Notes: generated from the letters alone by a model not told the origin. A DNA stretch of 64,000 nt from Candidatus Oxydemutator sp. (GCA_965203445.1 OZ241883.1:352001-416000), one strand, 5' to 3'; counted from the first letter of the stretch, positions 36,711 through 47,088 are shown. Made by a program: numbers and translations.

Positions 36711-36746
36711 GCAAATGATAATAACTATTATTACTATTATTGTAAA
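36711..36746 (-). promoter_or_regulatory. Sigma-70 promoter overlapped by a Fur-box-like AT-rich site
   Basis: Minus strand TTTACA-17 nt-TATTAT; + strand AATGATAATAACTATTATT resembles GATAATGATAATCATTATC. Confidence 0.65.
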
Positions 36747-36840
36747 GCCCCGGTGTGAAATTTCTTGAACAAATTGTTTTTACAGGTTTTTTCTCCTAGT
36801 TCGCAGCGTAGCAACCGAACCAGCCCCTGCCCCAGTGCGG

Positions 36841-37932
36841 CTATAGCACGGCACGCACTTGCGACGGGTCGGTGCTTTCGCCGATATAGGCGTCGCCTAT
36901 CGCGCGCAACAATATGAAGCGGGTGGCACCTGCGATATTCTTTTTGTCGAGCGCCATGATTTCGAGCATTTTTCCGGCGTTCAGTTGCGCGGGTCTTGCG
37001 GTCGGCAGGCCGGCGCGCTCGACGAGACCCGCGATGCGCCGCACCACCTCGTCCTCGATATGACCCAGGCGCGCCGACAGGCGCGCCGCGAGCACCAGGC
37101 CGCAGCCTACCGCCTCGCCGTGCAGCCAGTCGCCGTGTCCCAGGCCGGTCTCGATCGCGTGACCGAAGGTGTGGCCCAGGTTCAGCAGCGCGCGACGGCC
37201 GCTGCGCTCGCGTTCGTCGGCGGCCACGACCGCGGCCTTGATTTCGCATGAGCGGTGGACGGCGTGCGCCAGGGCCTGCTCGTCGCGCGCGAGCAGCGCG
37301 TCCACGTTGCGCTCCAGCCAATCGAAGAAGGCGGCGTCGAGTATCAGGCCGTATTTGATGATCTCGGCGATGCCGGCGGCGTAGTGGCGCGGCGGCAGCG
37401 TGTCCAGCGTGTCGAGGTCGGACACCACGCAGCACGGTTGGTGAAACGCGCCGATCATGTTCTTGCCGAGCGCATGATTGACGCCGGTCTTGCCGCCGAC
37501 CGCCGAGTCCACCTGCGCCAGCAACGTCGTCGGCAGTTGCGCGAAGGCAACGCCGCGCTGGTAGGCGGCCGCGGCAAAGCCGGCGACGTCGCCGGTAACG
37601 CCGCCACCGAGCGCGACGACCACGGCGTCGCGGCCCAACTTGCGCTCCAACATACCGGTGCAGATGCGCTCGAAGGTCACCAGGTTCTTGTTGTGTTCGC
37701 CGAGCGCAAGCACTATCGCATCGCCAGTGAAGCCGGGCGCCGACTCGAGCGCGGCCAACACTCCCTTAAGGTACAGCGGCGCCACGGCATCGTCGCTTAC
37801 GACGACGAAGCGACGCGCGCGCGCGGGTTCGGGCAGGCACGCGCGCAGGTAGTCGCCGGCGCGCGCGAGCAAGCCGCGACCTATGTGGATCGGATAGCGC
37901 CCGCCGCTCGTTTGCAGCGTCAATGTATTCAT
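36841..37932 (-). CDS. aroB: 3-dehydroquinate synthase
   Basis: GGGVTGD, PTTLLAQVDSAVGGKTG, LNLGHTFGHAIE. Confidence 0.98.
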   Translation of the reverse strand: MNTLTLQTSGGRYPIHIGRGLLARAGDYLRACLPEPARARRFVVVSDDAVAPLYLKGVLAALESAPGFTGDAIVLALGEHNKNLVTFERICTGMLERKLGRDAVVVALGGGVTGDVAGFAAAAYQRGVAFAQLPTTLLAQVDSAVGGKTGVNHALGKNMIGAFHQPCCVVSDLDTLDTLPPRHYAAGIAEIIKYGLILDAAFFDWLERNVDALLARDEQALAHAVHRSCEIKAAVVAADERERSGRRALLNLGHTFGHAIETGLGHGDWLHGEAVGCGLVLAARLSARLGHIEDEVVRRIAGLVERAGLPTARPAQLNAGKMLEIMALDKKNIAGATRFILLRAIGDAYIGESTDPSQVRAVL

Positions 37933-38444
37933 GCTTCCGCGCCGACGAAGCGAGTGATTTCCTTGACCGCCTCGTCCACCGATCCGTCATTATCCACGAT
38001 ACAGTCGGCGAGCGCCTCGTACAACGGGCGGCGCTCGCGATCCAGGCGCGCCAGTTCGGCGCGCACCGCGCGTCCCGCCAACAGCGGGCGCTCGGAACCG
38101 TCGCCGACGCGCGCCGCGCGATGCTCGAGATCCGCGCGCAGCCAGACGACGGCGTTGCCTTCTTTCAACAGCCGGCGGTTTTGTTCCAGCAGCACGCAAC
38201 CGCCGCCGGTGGCGCAGACGATGCCTTCTCGGGCCGCGAGTTCAACGATGACCGCGGCCTCGCGCGCACGAAAACCGGCCTCGCCCTCGGACGCGAAGAT
38301 CGCCGCGATGTCGCGCCCGGCGGCGCGCGCGACCCGTTCGTCACTGTCATAAAAGCGCAGGCGCAAACGGCGCGCGAGCGCGGCGCCGACGCTGCTCTTG
38401 CCGGCGCCCATCGGCCCGATCAGAAAAACGTTGCGGTAGATCAT
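37929..38444 (-). CDS. aroK: Shikimate kinase
   Basis: GPMGAGKSSVG, EGEAGFR, ATGGG, RPLL. Confidence 0.97.
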   Translation of the reverse strand: MIYRNVFLIGPMGAGKSSVGAALARRLRLRFYDSDERVARAAGRDIAAIFASEGEAGFRAREAAVIVELAAREGIVCATGGGCVLLEQNRRLLKEGNAVVWLRADLEHRAARVGDGSERPLLAGRAVRAELARLDRERRPLYEALADCIVDNDGSVDEAVKEITRFVGAEA

Positions 38445-38621
38445 CGTGTAAGCCGTGTAAGTATGGGGTGATATGGGAGTCGGCCGTGCGCGGCATTGTA
38501 TAGCCTACCCATTCGACCCGCCCGTTCGCTGCCGGAGGATGGGGCCGGAAGGGTACACCGGGGGCGGGCGTGGCGGTTCCATCGTCGGTCGGCGCGGCGC
38601 GCTTTCTGTATAATTGCCAAA

Positions 38622-41066
38622 GTGTTTTTCAAAACCCTGTTCGGATTGGCGGGCCTGCTTTTGTCGCTGCTCATACTGCTCACGGTCGCGGTCATAGGCG
38701 CCTACGCCTGGGTCGCGTCCGACCTGCCGTCCGCCGAGGCCGTGCGCAACGTCCAGCTGCAAACGCCGCTCAGGGTGCACGCGCGCGGCGGCGAAGTCAT
38801 CGCCGTATTCGGCGACAAGCGGCGCAAGCCGGTCTCGTACGAGCAGGTGCCGGAGCGCATGATCGAAGCCTTTCTCGCGGCCGAGGACGACCGCTTCTTC
38901 GAGCACCCCGGCGTGGACTACATGGGGCTGATACGCGCCGCGCTCGAGCTGATACGCACCGGCAAAAAAACACAGGGCGGCAGCACCATCACGATGCAGC
39001 TGGCGCGCAACTTCTTCCTGACGAACCAGCGCACCTACGAGAGAAAGATCAAGGAGATTTTTCTGGCGCTGCGCATCGAGCGGCTGTTCAGCAAGGAGGA
39101 AATCCTGAGCCTCTACCTGAACAAGATCTTTCTCGGCAAGCGCGCCTACGGCGTGGCCGCGGCGGCCGAGGTGTATTACGGCAAGGACGTCGCCGAACTG
39201 ACGCTGGCGCAGACCGCGATGCTCGCGGGAATGCCGAAGGCGCCGTCGGTCTCCAATCCGCTGACCAATCCCGACAAGGCGCTGGAGCGGCGCAACTACG
39301 TGCTGAAGCGGATGCACGAACTCGACAAAATCAACGTATCGGAATACGCCGAGGCGCTCGCCGCCGGCATTACCGCGACGCCGCACAGCCTGCAAGTCGA
39401 GCTGAAGGCGCCCTACGTCGCCGAGATGGTGCGCAAGGAAATGCTCGAGCGCTACGGCGAGGAGGCCTACACCGGCGGCTTTACGGTGCGCACGACGGTG
39501 GACTCCGAGTTGCAACGCCACGCCCAGGCCAGCTTGCGCAAGGGGCTGCTCGCGTACTCCAGACGCCACGGCTGGATCGGCACCGAGGGGCGCGTGGCGG
39601 TGGACGTGGCGAACGACCCGACGGCGCTTGCGCGCGAACTCAATGCGCTCGCGGTGGTCGGCGGCCTGGAACCGGGCATCGTCGTCGGCGTCGAGGGGCG
39701 AACGCTGCACGTCGCCGTCAAGAACGGCGACGTCGTGGCGCTCGATGCCGCCGGATGGCAGTGGGCGCGACCACGCCTCGCGGGCGGCCGGGTCGGCGCG
39801 CGCCCCGAAAACGCCGCGGCCGTGGCCGCCGTCGGCGACGTAGTGCGCGTCTTTGGCGACGACGAGACGCGGCGGCTTGCGCATATCCCCGAAGTCGGCG
39901 GCGCGCTGGTCGCGCTCGCGCCCGACAGCGGCGCGATCATCGCGCTCACCGGCGGCTTCGACTTCTACCACAGCAAGTTCAACCGCGCGACCCAGGCCAA
40001 GCGCCAACCCGGATCGAGTTTCAAGCCCTTCGTGTACTCGGCGGCGCTCGGCAACGGCCTCACGCCGGCGACCATCATCAAGGACACGCCGGTCGTGTTC
40101 ACCGACCCCAACAACCGCGCTTGGCGCCCGCAAAACTATAGCGGCAAATTCTACGGCCCGACGCGCCTGCGCGAGGCGCTCCAATTCTCGCGCAACCTGG
40201 TGTCGGTCAAACTGGTGGATCAGATCGGCGTCGAGCAGACGCTCGACTACGTGCGACGCTTCGGCTTTCAGCGCGCGGATCAGCCGCGCAATCTGACGCT
40301 GGCCCTGGGTTCCGGCACCGCCACCCCGCTCGAGATCGCTCGCGGCTACGCCGTTTTTGCCAACGGCGGGTTTCTCGTGAAGCCGTATCTGATAGACAAA
40401 ATCACGGTCCTAGACGAAACCGTATTCGCCGCGGAACCGTTGGCGCTTTGCACCGAAGGTTGTGCGATCTATCCGTACGACGACGCGCCTGAGGACGCCG
40501 ATGAGGGTACGCCCGAGGATGCGGACGCGGACGTGAACGACGGCACACGCACCGCGTCCATGGAAACGCCCGACGCGCAATACGCGCCGCGCGCGATTCC
40601 GTCCGACGTCGCCTATCAGATGACGAGCATGATGCGGGGCGTGATCCGCCACGGCACCGGACGCCGCGCGCGCACCCTGAGACGAGACGACGTCGCCGGC
40701 AAGACCGGCACCACGAACGAGCAGCGCGACGCCTGGTTCTCCGGCTTCAACCGCGACCTGGTCGGCACCGTCTGGGTCGGCTTCGACGACCACAAGCCGT
40801 TGGGCGAACGCGAGACCGGCGCGGTCGCCGCGCTGCCGACGTGGATAGACTTCATGCGCAAGGCGCTCGCCGACAAGCCGGAACGCCCCTACTACAAACC
40901 CCCCAACATCGTCTCCGCGCGCATAGACCCCGAAAACGGCCTGCTCGCGCACCCCGGCGACGAAAACGCCATCAGCGAAACCTTCCGCATGCGCCACCTG
41001 CCCAAAAAAATCACAAAACCGGCCAAAGAGGGAGAATCATCGGCGGAAACGGAAGGGTTGTTTTAG
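38622..41066 (+). CDS. mrcA: Penicillin-binding protein 1A
   Basis: AEDDRFFEH, GGSTITMQL, QPGSSFKP (SxxK), SRN, KTGT; GTG start approximate. Confidence 0.97.
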   Translation: MFFKTLFGLAGLLLSLLILLTVAVIGAYAWVASDLPSAEAVRNVQLQTPLRVHARGGEVIAVFGDKRRKPVSYEQVPERMIEAFLAAEDDRFFEHPGVDYMGLIRAALELIRTGKKTQGGSTITMQLARNFFLTNQRTYERKIKEIFLALRIERLFSKEEILSLYLNKIFLGKRAYGVAAAAEVYYGKDVAELTLAQTAMLAGMPKAPSVSNPLTNPDKALERRNYVLKRMHELDKINVSEYAEALAAGITATPHSLQVELKAPYVAEMVRKEMLERYGEEAYTGGFTVRTTVDSELQRHAQASLRKGLLAYSRRHGWIGTEGRVAVDVANDPTALARELNALAVVGGLEPGIVVGVEGRTLHVAVKNGDVVALDAAGWQWARPRLAGGRVGARPENAAAVAAVGDVVRVFGDDETRRLAHIPEVGGALVALAPDSGAIIALTGGFDFYHSKFNRATQAKRQPGSSFKPFVYSAALGNGLTPATIIKDTPVVFTDPNNRAWRPQNYSGKFYGPTRLREALQFSRNLVSVKLVDQIGVEQTLDYVRRFGFQRADQPRNLTLALGSGTATPLEIARGYAVFANGGFLVKPYLIDKITVLDETVFAAEPLALCTEGCAIYPYDDAPEDADEGTPEDADADVNDGTRTASMETPDAQYAPRAIPSDVAYQMTSMMRGVIRHGTGRRARTLRRDDVAGKTGTTNEQRDAWFSGFNRDLVGTVWVGFDDHKPLGERETGAVAALPTWIDFMRKALADKPERPYYKPPNIVSARIDPENGLLAHPGDENAISETFRMRHLPKKITKPAKEGESSAETEGLF

Positions 41067-41091
41067 GAGTCAGGGAGCCTGAGCGCGGTGG

Positions 41092-41575
41092 TGGCCTTCC
41101 CCCACAATCAGAGTCACGCGATTTGAAAGATTTTCCTATAATTTTGACCATAGGAGGTCTCGCTATGAAACACAATCGGTTCAGTGAGGAACGGATCATA
41201 TCTATCCTCAAGGAATATGAGGCGGGCGCGCGCATGGCGGATTTGTCTCGCAAGCACGGGGTCAGCGAGCAGAGTCTCTATCGCTGGAGGTCGAAGTATG
41301 AGGGGATGAGCGTAAGCGAGGCGAAGCGCTTGAGGCAGTTGGAGAGGGAGAACGCCAAGTTGAAGCACCTGCTGAAAGAGGCGAGATTAGACAAAAAGGC
41401 GCTGAAAGAGTTGTTGTCAAAAGATTGGTAACGCCCGAGGCGCATCGTGAGCATGGCTTGCAGGTGCGCCGGCGGCGGAGCAAGAAGCTGTCGCGCCCGC
41501 GCATGGTCAGGCCGGCACTGGGTGCTGCAAACCAGCGTGGGAGAATCGGGTACAATACACCTCGCTCGGACGGGT
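41092..41575 (+). mobile_element. IS3-family (IS407-group-like) remnant, copy 1: left end, intact orfA 41165-41431, internally deleted orfB
   Basis: TGGCCTTCCCCC end; orfA MKHNRFSEERII...YRWRSKY...RLRQLEREN; orfB scraps GLQVRRRR..ANQR. Confidence 0.85.
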
Positions 41576-41622
41576 ATGTGCCGGTCCGCATAAACACCAG
41601 CATCTGACAGGAGGACACACCG

Positions 41623-41847
41623 ATGAAAAAAGCCAATGCTGCTCGCCATATGAGAGAAACACCTCTGGGATGCTACGAGGTTGACGAGGAATTGGAAGCA
41701 AAAATGAAGAGAATGGCCAAAATGAAGCTGTCAAAAGAGGAGAGGCGGGCACAGGCAATCTCCTGGGTTTATGGCAACTTGCCGATAGATTCTGAGCGGA
41801 CCATAGAGGACGTCGCCAAGTTTCTTGAGGAGCACGAAGGTTTGTGA
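41623..41847 (+). CDS. Small protein upstream of fic, putative Fic antitoxin (copy 1)
   Basis: AGGAGG RBS; ERRAQAISWVYGN; stop overlaps the fic start (GTGA). Confidence 0.65.
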   Translation: MKKANAARHMRETPLGCYEVDEELEAKMKRMAKMKLSKEERRAQAISWVYGNLPIDSERTIEDVAKFLEEHEGL

Positions 41848-42452
41848 TCCTGCACCATCTCCTCGGAGGAGAGCAGCATCGCATATACGCCGACCTTTCC
41901 GACGGCAATCTTTTCAGGCAATACGGTTTTCTACAATCTGCCGTGGCCGCGGCGATAAACGTCAAACGGCCGCTGGTCTCAGCGACGCTTATCAAAGCGT
42001 TGAATTATCATGCTATCGCGTGCCTGCATCCCAATGCCGGGGAATACCGCCCCTGTCCAGTGAAGGCGGGAGACTATGAACCGCCGGAGCATTTTCACGT
42101 GCCGGAGATGATGAACGACTTTATCAATGTAGCCAACCGGAATTGGGATGCCTGTGACACACATACCCTGGCCGCGTATTGTCTCTGGCGCCTGAATTTC
42201 ATCCATCCATTTATTAACGGAAACGGCAGAACGGCGCGCGCGCTTTGTTACTTTGTCGTCTGCGTCAAGTCTGGCGGTCTGATACAGGGCGAACCAATGC
42301 TGCCAACGTTGATTCGAGAAAGGCATGAAGAATATAGAAAATTACTAAGCTCCACTGACAGAGAGGCCGAAAACGGAAATCCAGACTACTTGAATGGTTT
42401 GCGTGACTTTGTCGCCCGTCTGGTGGAACGGCAATTACGATCCGCGACCTGA
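41844..42452 (+). CDS. Fic-domain protein (copy 1)
   Basis: HPFINGNGRTARAL Fic motif; AGEYR. Confidence 0.92.
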   Translation: MILHHLLGGEQHRIYADLSDGNLFRQYGFLQSAVAAAINVKRPLVSATLIKALNYHAIACLHPNAGEYRPCPVKAGDYEPPEHFHVPEMMNDFINVANRNWDACDTHTLAAYCLWRLNFIHPFINGNGRTARALCYFVVCVKSGGLIQGEPMLPTLIRERHEEYRKLLSSTDREAENGNPDYLNGLRDFVARLVERQLRSAT

Positions 42453-42467
42453 AGGTTCGGCGGATGA

Positions 42468-42630
42468 TGCCGGCGGCATAGTCCGCTGCATGAACTCGTC
42501 GAACAACGGCACCGTGAACGCGGTATCGCCGTGCTGTGACGCCAATGTCTCGCAACAGTGAGTTTCGACCTGCCAATGCGAGGGGAAGATAGCCGGCACC
42601 AAGCGCATAGGGGCTGTTGGTCGCATCCAT
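42468..42630 (-). pseudogene. Internally deleted paralog of the 60154-61344 ATPase (5' and 3' ends fused)
   Basis: MDATNSPYALGAGYLPLALAGRNSLL joined out of frame to HGDTAFTVPLFDEFMQRTMPPAS. Confidence 0.85.
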
Positions 42631-42756
42631 TTACAAGGAGTTTAACCCGGTTTATGGAAATTTCATAAACCGGGGTAAACTCCTTATAACTCCAATAATT
42701 CCGCGTTATATCAACGCAGAATAAATCCGTCGGATCTCGCCTGTCAGATGATCAAG

Positions 42757-43240
42757 TGACCTTCCCCCACAATCAGGGCCACGCGATGGGAGAGATTTTC
42801 CTATAATTTCGACCATAGGAGGTCTCACTATGAAACACAATCGGTTCAGCGTGGAACGGATCATATCTATCCTCAAGGAATACGAGGCGGGCGCGCGCAT
42901 GGCGGATTTGTCTCGCAAGCACGGGGTCAGCGAGCAGAGTCTCTATCGCTGGAGGTCTAAGTATGGGAGGATGAGCGTAAGCGAGGCGAAGCGCTTGAGG
43001 CAGTTGGAGAGGGAGAACGCCAAGTTGAAGCACTTGCTGAAAGAGGCGAGATTAGACAAGAAAGCGCTGAAGGAGTTGTTGTCAAAAGATTGGTAACGCC
43101 CGGGGCGCGTCGTGAGCAAGGCTTGCAGGTGCGCCGGCGGCGGCGCAAGAAGCTGTCGCGCCCGCGCATGGTCAGGCCGGCACTGGGTGCTGCAAACCAG
43201 CGTGGGAGAATCGGGTACAATGCACCCCGCTCGGACGGGG
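42757..43240 (+). mobile_element. IS3-family remnant, copy 2 (orfA 42830-43096)
   Basis: TGACCTTCCCCC end; near-identical to copy 1. Confidence 0.85.
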
Positions 43241-43287
43241 ATGTCCCGTCCCGCAAAAACACTGGCATCTGACAGGAGGACACACCG

Positions 43288-43524
43288 ATGAAAAAAGCCA
43301 ATGCTGCTCGCCATATGAGAATGACACCTGCGGACTCGCCTCTGGGATGCTGCGAGTATGACGAGGAATTGGAAGCAAAAATGAAGAAAATGGCCAAAAT
43401 GAAGCTGTCAAAAGAGGAGAGGCGGGCACAGGCAATCTCCTGGGTTTATGGCAACCTGCCGATAGATTCTGAGCGGACCATAGAGGACGTCGCCAAGTTT
43501 CTTGAGGAGCACGAAGGTTTGTGA
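43288..43524 (+). CDS. Putative Fic antitoxin (copy 2)
   Basis: Near-identical to 41623-41847 and 4 aa longer. Confidence 0.65.
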   Translation: MKKANAARHMRMTPADSPLGCCEYDEELEAKMKKMAKMKLSKEERRAQAISWVYGNLPIDSERTIEDVAKFLEEHEGL

Positions 43525-44129
43525 TCCTGCACCATCTCCTCGGAGGAGAGCAGCATCGCATATACGCCGACCTTTCCGACAGCAATCTTTTAAGGCAATA
43601 CGGTTTTCTACAATCTGCCGTGGCCGCGGCGATAAACGTCAAACGGCCGCTGGTCTCAGCGACGCTTGTCAAAGCGTTGAATTATCACTCTATCGCGTGC
43701 CTGCATCCCAATGCCGGGGAATACCGCCCCTGTCCAGTGAAGGCGGGAGACTATGAACCGCCGGAGCATTTTCACGTGCCGGAGATGATGAACGACTTTA
43801 TCAACGTAGCCAACCGGAATTGGGATGCCTGTGACGCACCGTCTCTGGCCGCGTATTGTCTATGGCGCCTGAATTTCATCCATCCGTTTATTAACGGAAA
43901 CGGCAGAACGGCGCGCGCGCTTTGTTACTTTGTCGTCTGCGTCAAGTCTGGCGGTCTGATACAGGGCGAACCAATGCTGCCAACGTTGATTCGAGAAAGG
44001 CATGAAGAATATAGAGAATTACTAAGATCCACCGACAGAGAGGCCGAAAACGGAAATCCAGACTACTTGAATGGTTTGCGTGACTTTGTCGCCCGCTTGG
44101 TGGAACGGCAATTACGATCCGCGACCTGA
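43521..44129 (+). CDS. Fic-domain protein (copy 2)
   Basis: HPFINGNGRTARAL; 9 of 202 residues differ from copy 1. Confidence 0.92.
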   Translation: MILHHLLGGEQHRIYADLSDSNLLRQYGFLQSAVAAAINVKRPLVSATLVKALNYHSIACLHPNAGEYRPCPVKAGDYEPPEHFHVPEMMNDFINVANRNWDACDAPSLAAYCLWRLNFIHPFINGNGRTARALCYFVVCVKSGGLIQGEPMLPTLIRERHEEYRELLRSTDREAENGNPDYLNGLRDFVARLVERQLRSAT

Positions 44130-44175
44130 AGGTTCGGCGGATGATGCCGGCGGCATAGTCCGCTTGCAGAATAAA

Positions 44176-44244
44176 TCCGGCGGACGTCGCCTGTCGGATG
44201 ATGGGCATGGTGCGGGGCGTGATCCGCTTTGGCACTGGACGGCG
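44176..44244 (+). pseudogene. Decayed internal fragment of mrcA
   Basis: 57/69 nt identical to 40598-40666 (manual ungapped alignment). Confidence 0.85.
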
Positions 44245-44279
44245 GGAAAGGCTGAACAGGGGACCGGTTTGCGGTGCGC

Positions 44280-47075
44280 TCATGCGCGATCCGCATTCAG
44301 AAGAATATCTTTTACGTCCGACGGGCTTCTTGAAACATCTGCGCACCACTGACCGAAACGACCGTCCTCGTTGACGGCGCGCGTCCACTCCTCCAGGAAA
44401 CGGCGCTTGGTTTTGTCCTGCTCCGTTTCCCGTCCCTTGGTTTCCAGCACGAGAAACTTTCCCGATTTCATGCGCACGATAAAATCCGGCCAGTACTTTC
44501 TGACGATCCCGTTGTGGGTATAGAGAATCTCAAAACCGAGATGGTCGTTTTTCACCCATGCGTCCACCGCCGGGTTGCGATCCAGCTCAAAAGCCTCGGC
44601 GGCTTCCCAGGTGCCGTCGTATACGCAGAAGTTGACGTGCGAGCGTTGGCTGTATTCACAGGGTCTGCTTGTGTACCACGTTCTCATATCGCCGGTCGAA
44701 CGAATCGGTCTGTCGCGATCAAACACCAGCTCGGTCCCGGCCACGTTTTCAAAGCGGATCGCGTTCTGAAAATGCTGCACGACTTTGGTCGCGTTCAGCG
44801 CGATCATCAGCCGCCGGCGCAAGGCGTCGTCATGATACGCCCTCGGTTCGATCTGAATCCGGTTTGAGCGGATGAACTCGTCCGCCAGACCGATGATTTG
44901 CGCTATCAGAGTCTCCCTGCCGCCTTTCCATTCTCCCTGCATCTGCTCATAGACGGACTGCGACGCCTCGAAAACAAGCCGCTGCATCCGCAATGTGCCG
45001 GCCAGGTTCTCGATGTCCACCGTCTCGATCTTTGTGACGTCGGCCTTGCCCTCGACCGTCGGCGCCAATTCCGCCAGACGAGGAGTTTGCTCGGCCTTGA
45101 GCGTCAGCGGCGCCACTTTCGCCCAATCTACGGAAAGTCTGGGCGAGTATGAATAATCTATCCGCACCACGTTCGGCCAGGTGATCTCGAATTGCCGTTT
45201 GTCCGCCACCGGCTCTATCGCCGTCTTGGGGACGGGCGGCGGCGGCGGCAGATCATCGCTCTGCTCATGCGGCAGAAAAGTGAACGGCACCCCGAAGACA
45301 TTGACGTATTCCGGATCGAGCATGCCGTTCTCGTTGAGGTCGTAGGAAAGGCGGCGCAGGCCGCGTCCCACGACCTGCTCGCACAACAACTGGCTGGTGA
45401 ACGCGCGCAGCCCCATGATGTGCGTTACGGTCCTGGCGTCCCAGCCCTCGGACAACATACCGACGGAAATCACTTTCTGTATCCGCTCGCCCGGCTGTCC
45501 GGGTTTGCCGACGGTATCCACCTGCCGGCGCAAAAACTCCGCCGCTTTTTCCTTGGATGTGCGTTTGCGGCCCGTCACTTCGGTGCCGCCGGCGCCGGCG
45601 CCGTTTATGGGCGTCGTTTCTTCCATGGCCTCGGCGGCCGCCAGAACCTTCGAGTCGACGTGGAGAATCCGCTCCGGGACGCACAATGCGTCAATCTGTA
45701 TTTTCTTTTTCCGTAAGGCATGATTGATCCGAGCGGCCGTCTCGGTGCGGTTGGCCACCGTGATCATCACTGGCGGAGTCGGTGCTCCTTCCCGTGCCCA
45801 CAGCGCCTTCGTTTTTTGCCAATCGTGGCCGAGCAGGGTATAGGCGATTCTTACAATGTCCGGCAGCGGCGTCTCGGGCTTGGCGCCGCCGTTGAAGTCG
45901 TCCTTGACTTCGGGGTCGTTGTATATGTGGTAGAGGCGCGACTTGTAGGTCCTGGCATCCGGCAGGGCGTCGTCGCGCACGACCACGCGGGGGGTCTTGA
46001 CCAGTCCGGACTCGACGGCGTCGCTCAGGGAAAAATCGCTGACGATCCAGCCGAACAGGTCTTCCTCGGAACTCTGTTTGCCGGACGGCATGAAGGGCGT
46101 GGCCGAAAAATCGTAGCACGCCAGAATCCCGCGCGCCCGGTGTATCCGATCCAGGCCGCCCACCCAGACGGTGGCTTCCTCGACGCTGTCTTTTGCGCCT
46201 TTGTTTTTTGCCCCGGGAGGGACGCGCCAAGCGTGATGCGCCTCGTCGTTGATGACCAGAACGTTGCGCGCCCCCGCCACGTCTCCGAGCACGTCGCGCA
46301 CGTATGCCTCGTCGCTCATCACGCCGCGCTTGTCCACGCCTTTCTTTCTCCGAATCTTGTCCGCGGTTTCCCAATGGAGGGTATGCCAGTTGCAGATACG
46401 CACCTTGCCGCGACGCATTTTGTCCATCAGTTCCGACGGCACAACGTCGAACTCTTTGTAGTAGTTGTCCGCGTCGGCAGGATGGAGAACGGAAAGACGG
46501 TTTTTTACGGTCAGGCCGGGAGCGACGATAAAGATGTTTTTTGAAAAGCGCGCGTCCTGAGGCGCGGCCACCTTGTTCAGGATATGCCAGGCTATGGCCA
46601 TCGCCATGACGACGGTCTTGCCGGTGCCGGTGGCCATCTTTGCGCACAACCGCCGAAACTCGCCGCCGTCGGAAGGGACGTCAATTCCCACCTTGGCGTC
46701 GGCGGGCGCCTCGGCGAACCAGATCAGGGTTTCTATCGCCTCCAGCTGGCAGAAGAAAAACCGCGGCCCGCTGCGCTGCTCATCAGCGTTCCAGTGATCC
46801 AGCAGGCGTCTGGTGATGCCGCTGACGCCGGGATAGCCGGCCTGCCGCCACGCCTTGATGCGCTTGCGAACGTCGTCAACCAGCGGTATGGGGACGAATA
46901 CACCCGGATCGTCGGTGCCCTTGAAACGCGGCGTCGCCTTCAAATACCCGGCGGGACGCCGCCCTGCTTCCTGCGAGAAAGCCTTGGTCTCACGAGAGTG
47001 GAACCAATGCTCGCGCGGCTCCTCGTAGGGGGAGTTGAGGATGAGGGGGGATGGTTTTTCTACATTGCCGGACAT
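44280..47075 (-). CDS. res: Type III restriction endonuclease Res subunit (BPTD_3080-like)
   Basis: MATGTGKT, NDEAHH, FSATP, MLSEGWD, QVVGRGLR; C-terminal PDFIV..LETKG nuclease. Confidence 0.93.
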   Translation of the reverse strand: MSGNVEKPSPLILNSPYEEPREHWFHSRETKAFSQEAGRRPAGYLKATPRFKGTDDPGVFVPIPLVDDVRKRIKAWRQAGYPGVSGITRRLLDHWNADEQRSGPRFFFCQLEAIETLIWFAEAPADAKVGIDVPSDGGEFRRLCAKMATGTGKTVVMAMAIAWHILNKVAAPQDARFSKNIFIVAPGLTVKNRLSVLHPADADNYYKEFDVVPSELMDKMRRGKVRICNWHTLHWETADKIRRKKGVDKRGVMSDEAYVRDVLGDVAGARNVLVINDEAHHAWRVPPGAKNKGAKDSVEEATVWVGGLDRIHRARGILACYDFSATPFMPSGKQSSEEDLFGWIVSDFSLSDAVESGLVKTPRVVVRDDALPDARTYKSRLYHIYNDPEVKDDFNGGAKPETPLPDIVRIAYTLLGHDWQKTKALWAREGAPTPPVMITVANRTETAARINHALRKKKIQIDALCVPERILHVDSKVLAAAEAMEETTPINGAGAGGTEVTGRKRTSKEKAAEFLRRQVDTVGKPGQPGERIQKVISVGMLSEGWDARTVTHIMGLRAFTSQLLCEQVVGRGLRRLSYDLNENGMLDPEYVNVFGVPFTFLPHEQSDDLPPPPPVPKTAIEPVADKRQFEITWPNVVRIDYSYSPRLSVDWAKVAPLTLKAEQTPRLAELAPTVEGKADVTKIETVDIENLAGTLRMQRLVFEASQSVYEQMQGEWKGGRETLIAQIIGLADEFIRSNRIQIEPRAYHDDALRRRLMIALNATKVVQHFQNAIRFENVAGTELVFDRDRPIRSTGDMRTWYTSRPCEYSQRSHVNFCVYDGTWEAAEAFELDRNPAVDAWVKNDHLGFEILYTHNGIVRKYWPDFIVRMKSGKFLVLETKGRETEQDKTKRRFLEEWTRAVNEDGRFGQWCADVSRSPSDVKDILLNADRA

Positions 47076-47088
47076 GACGTTTCGAGTT

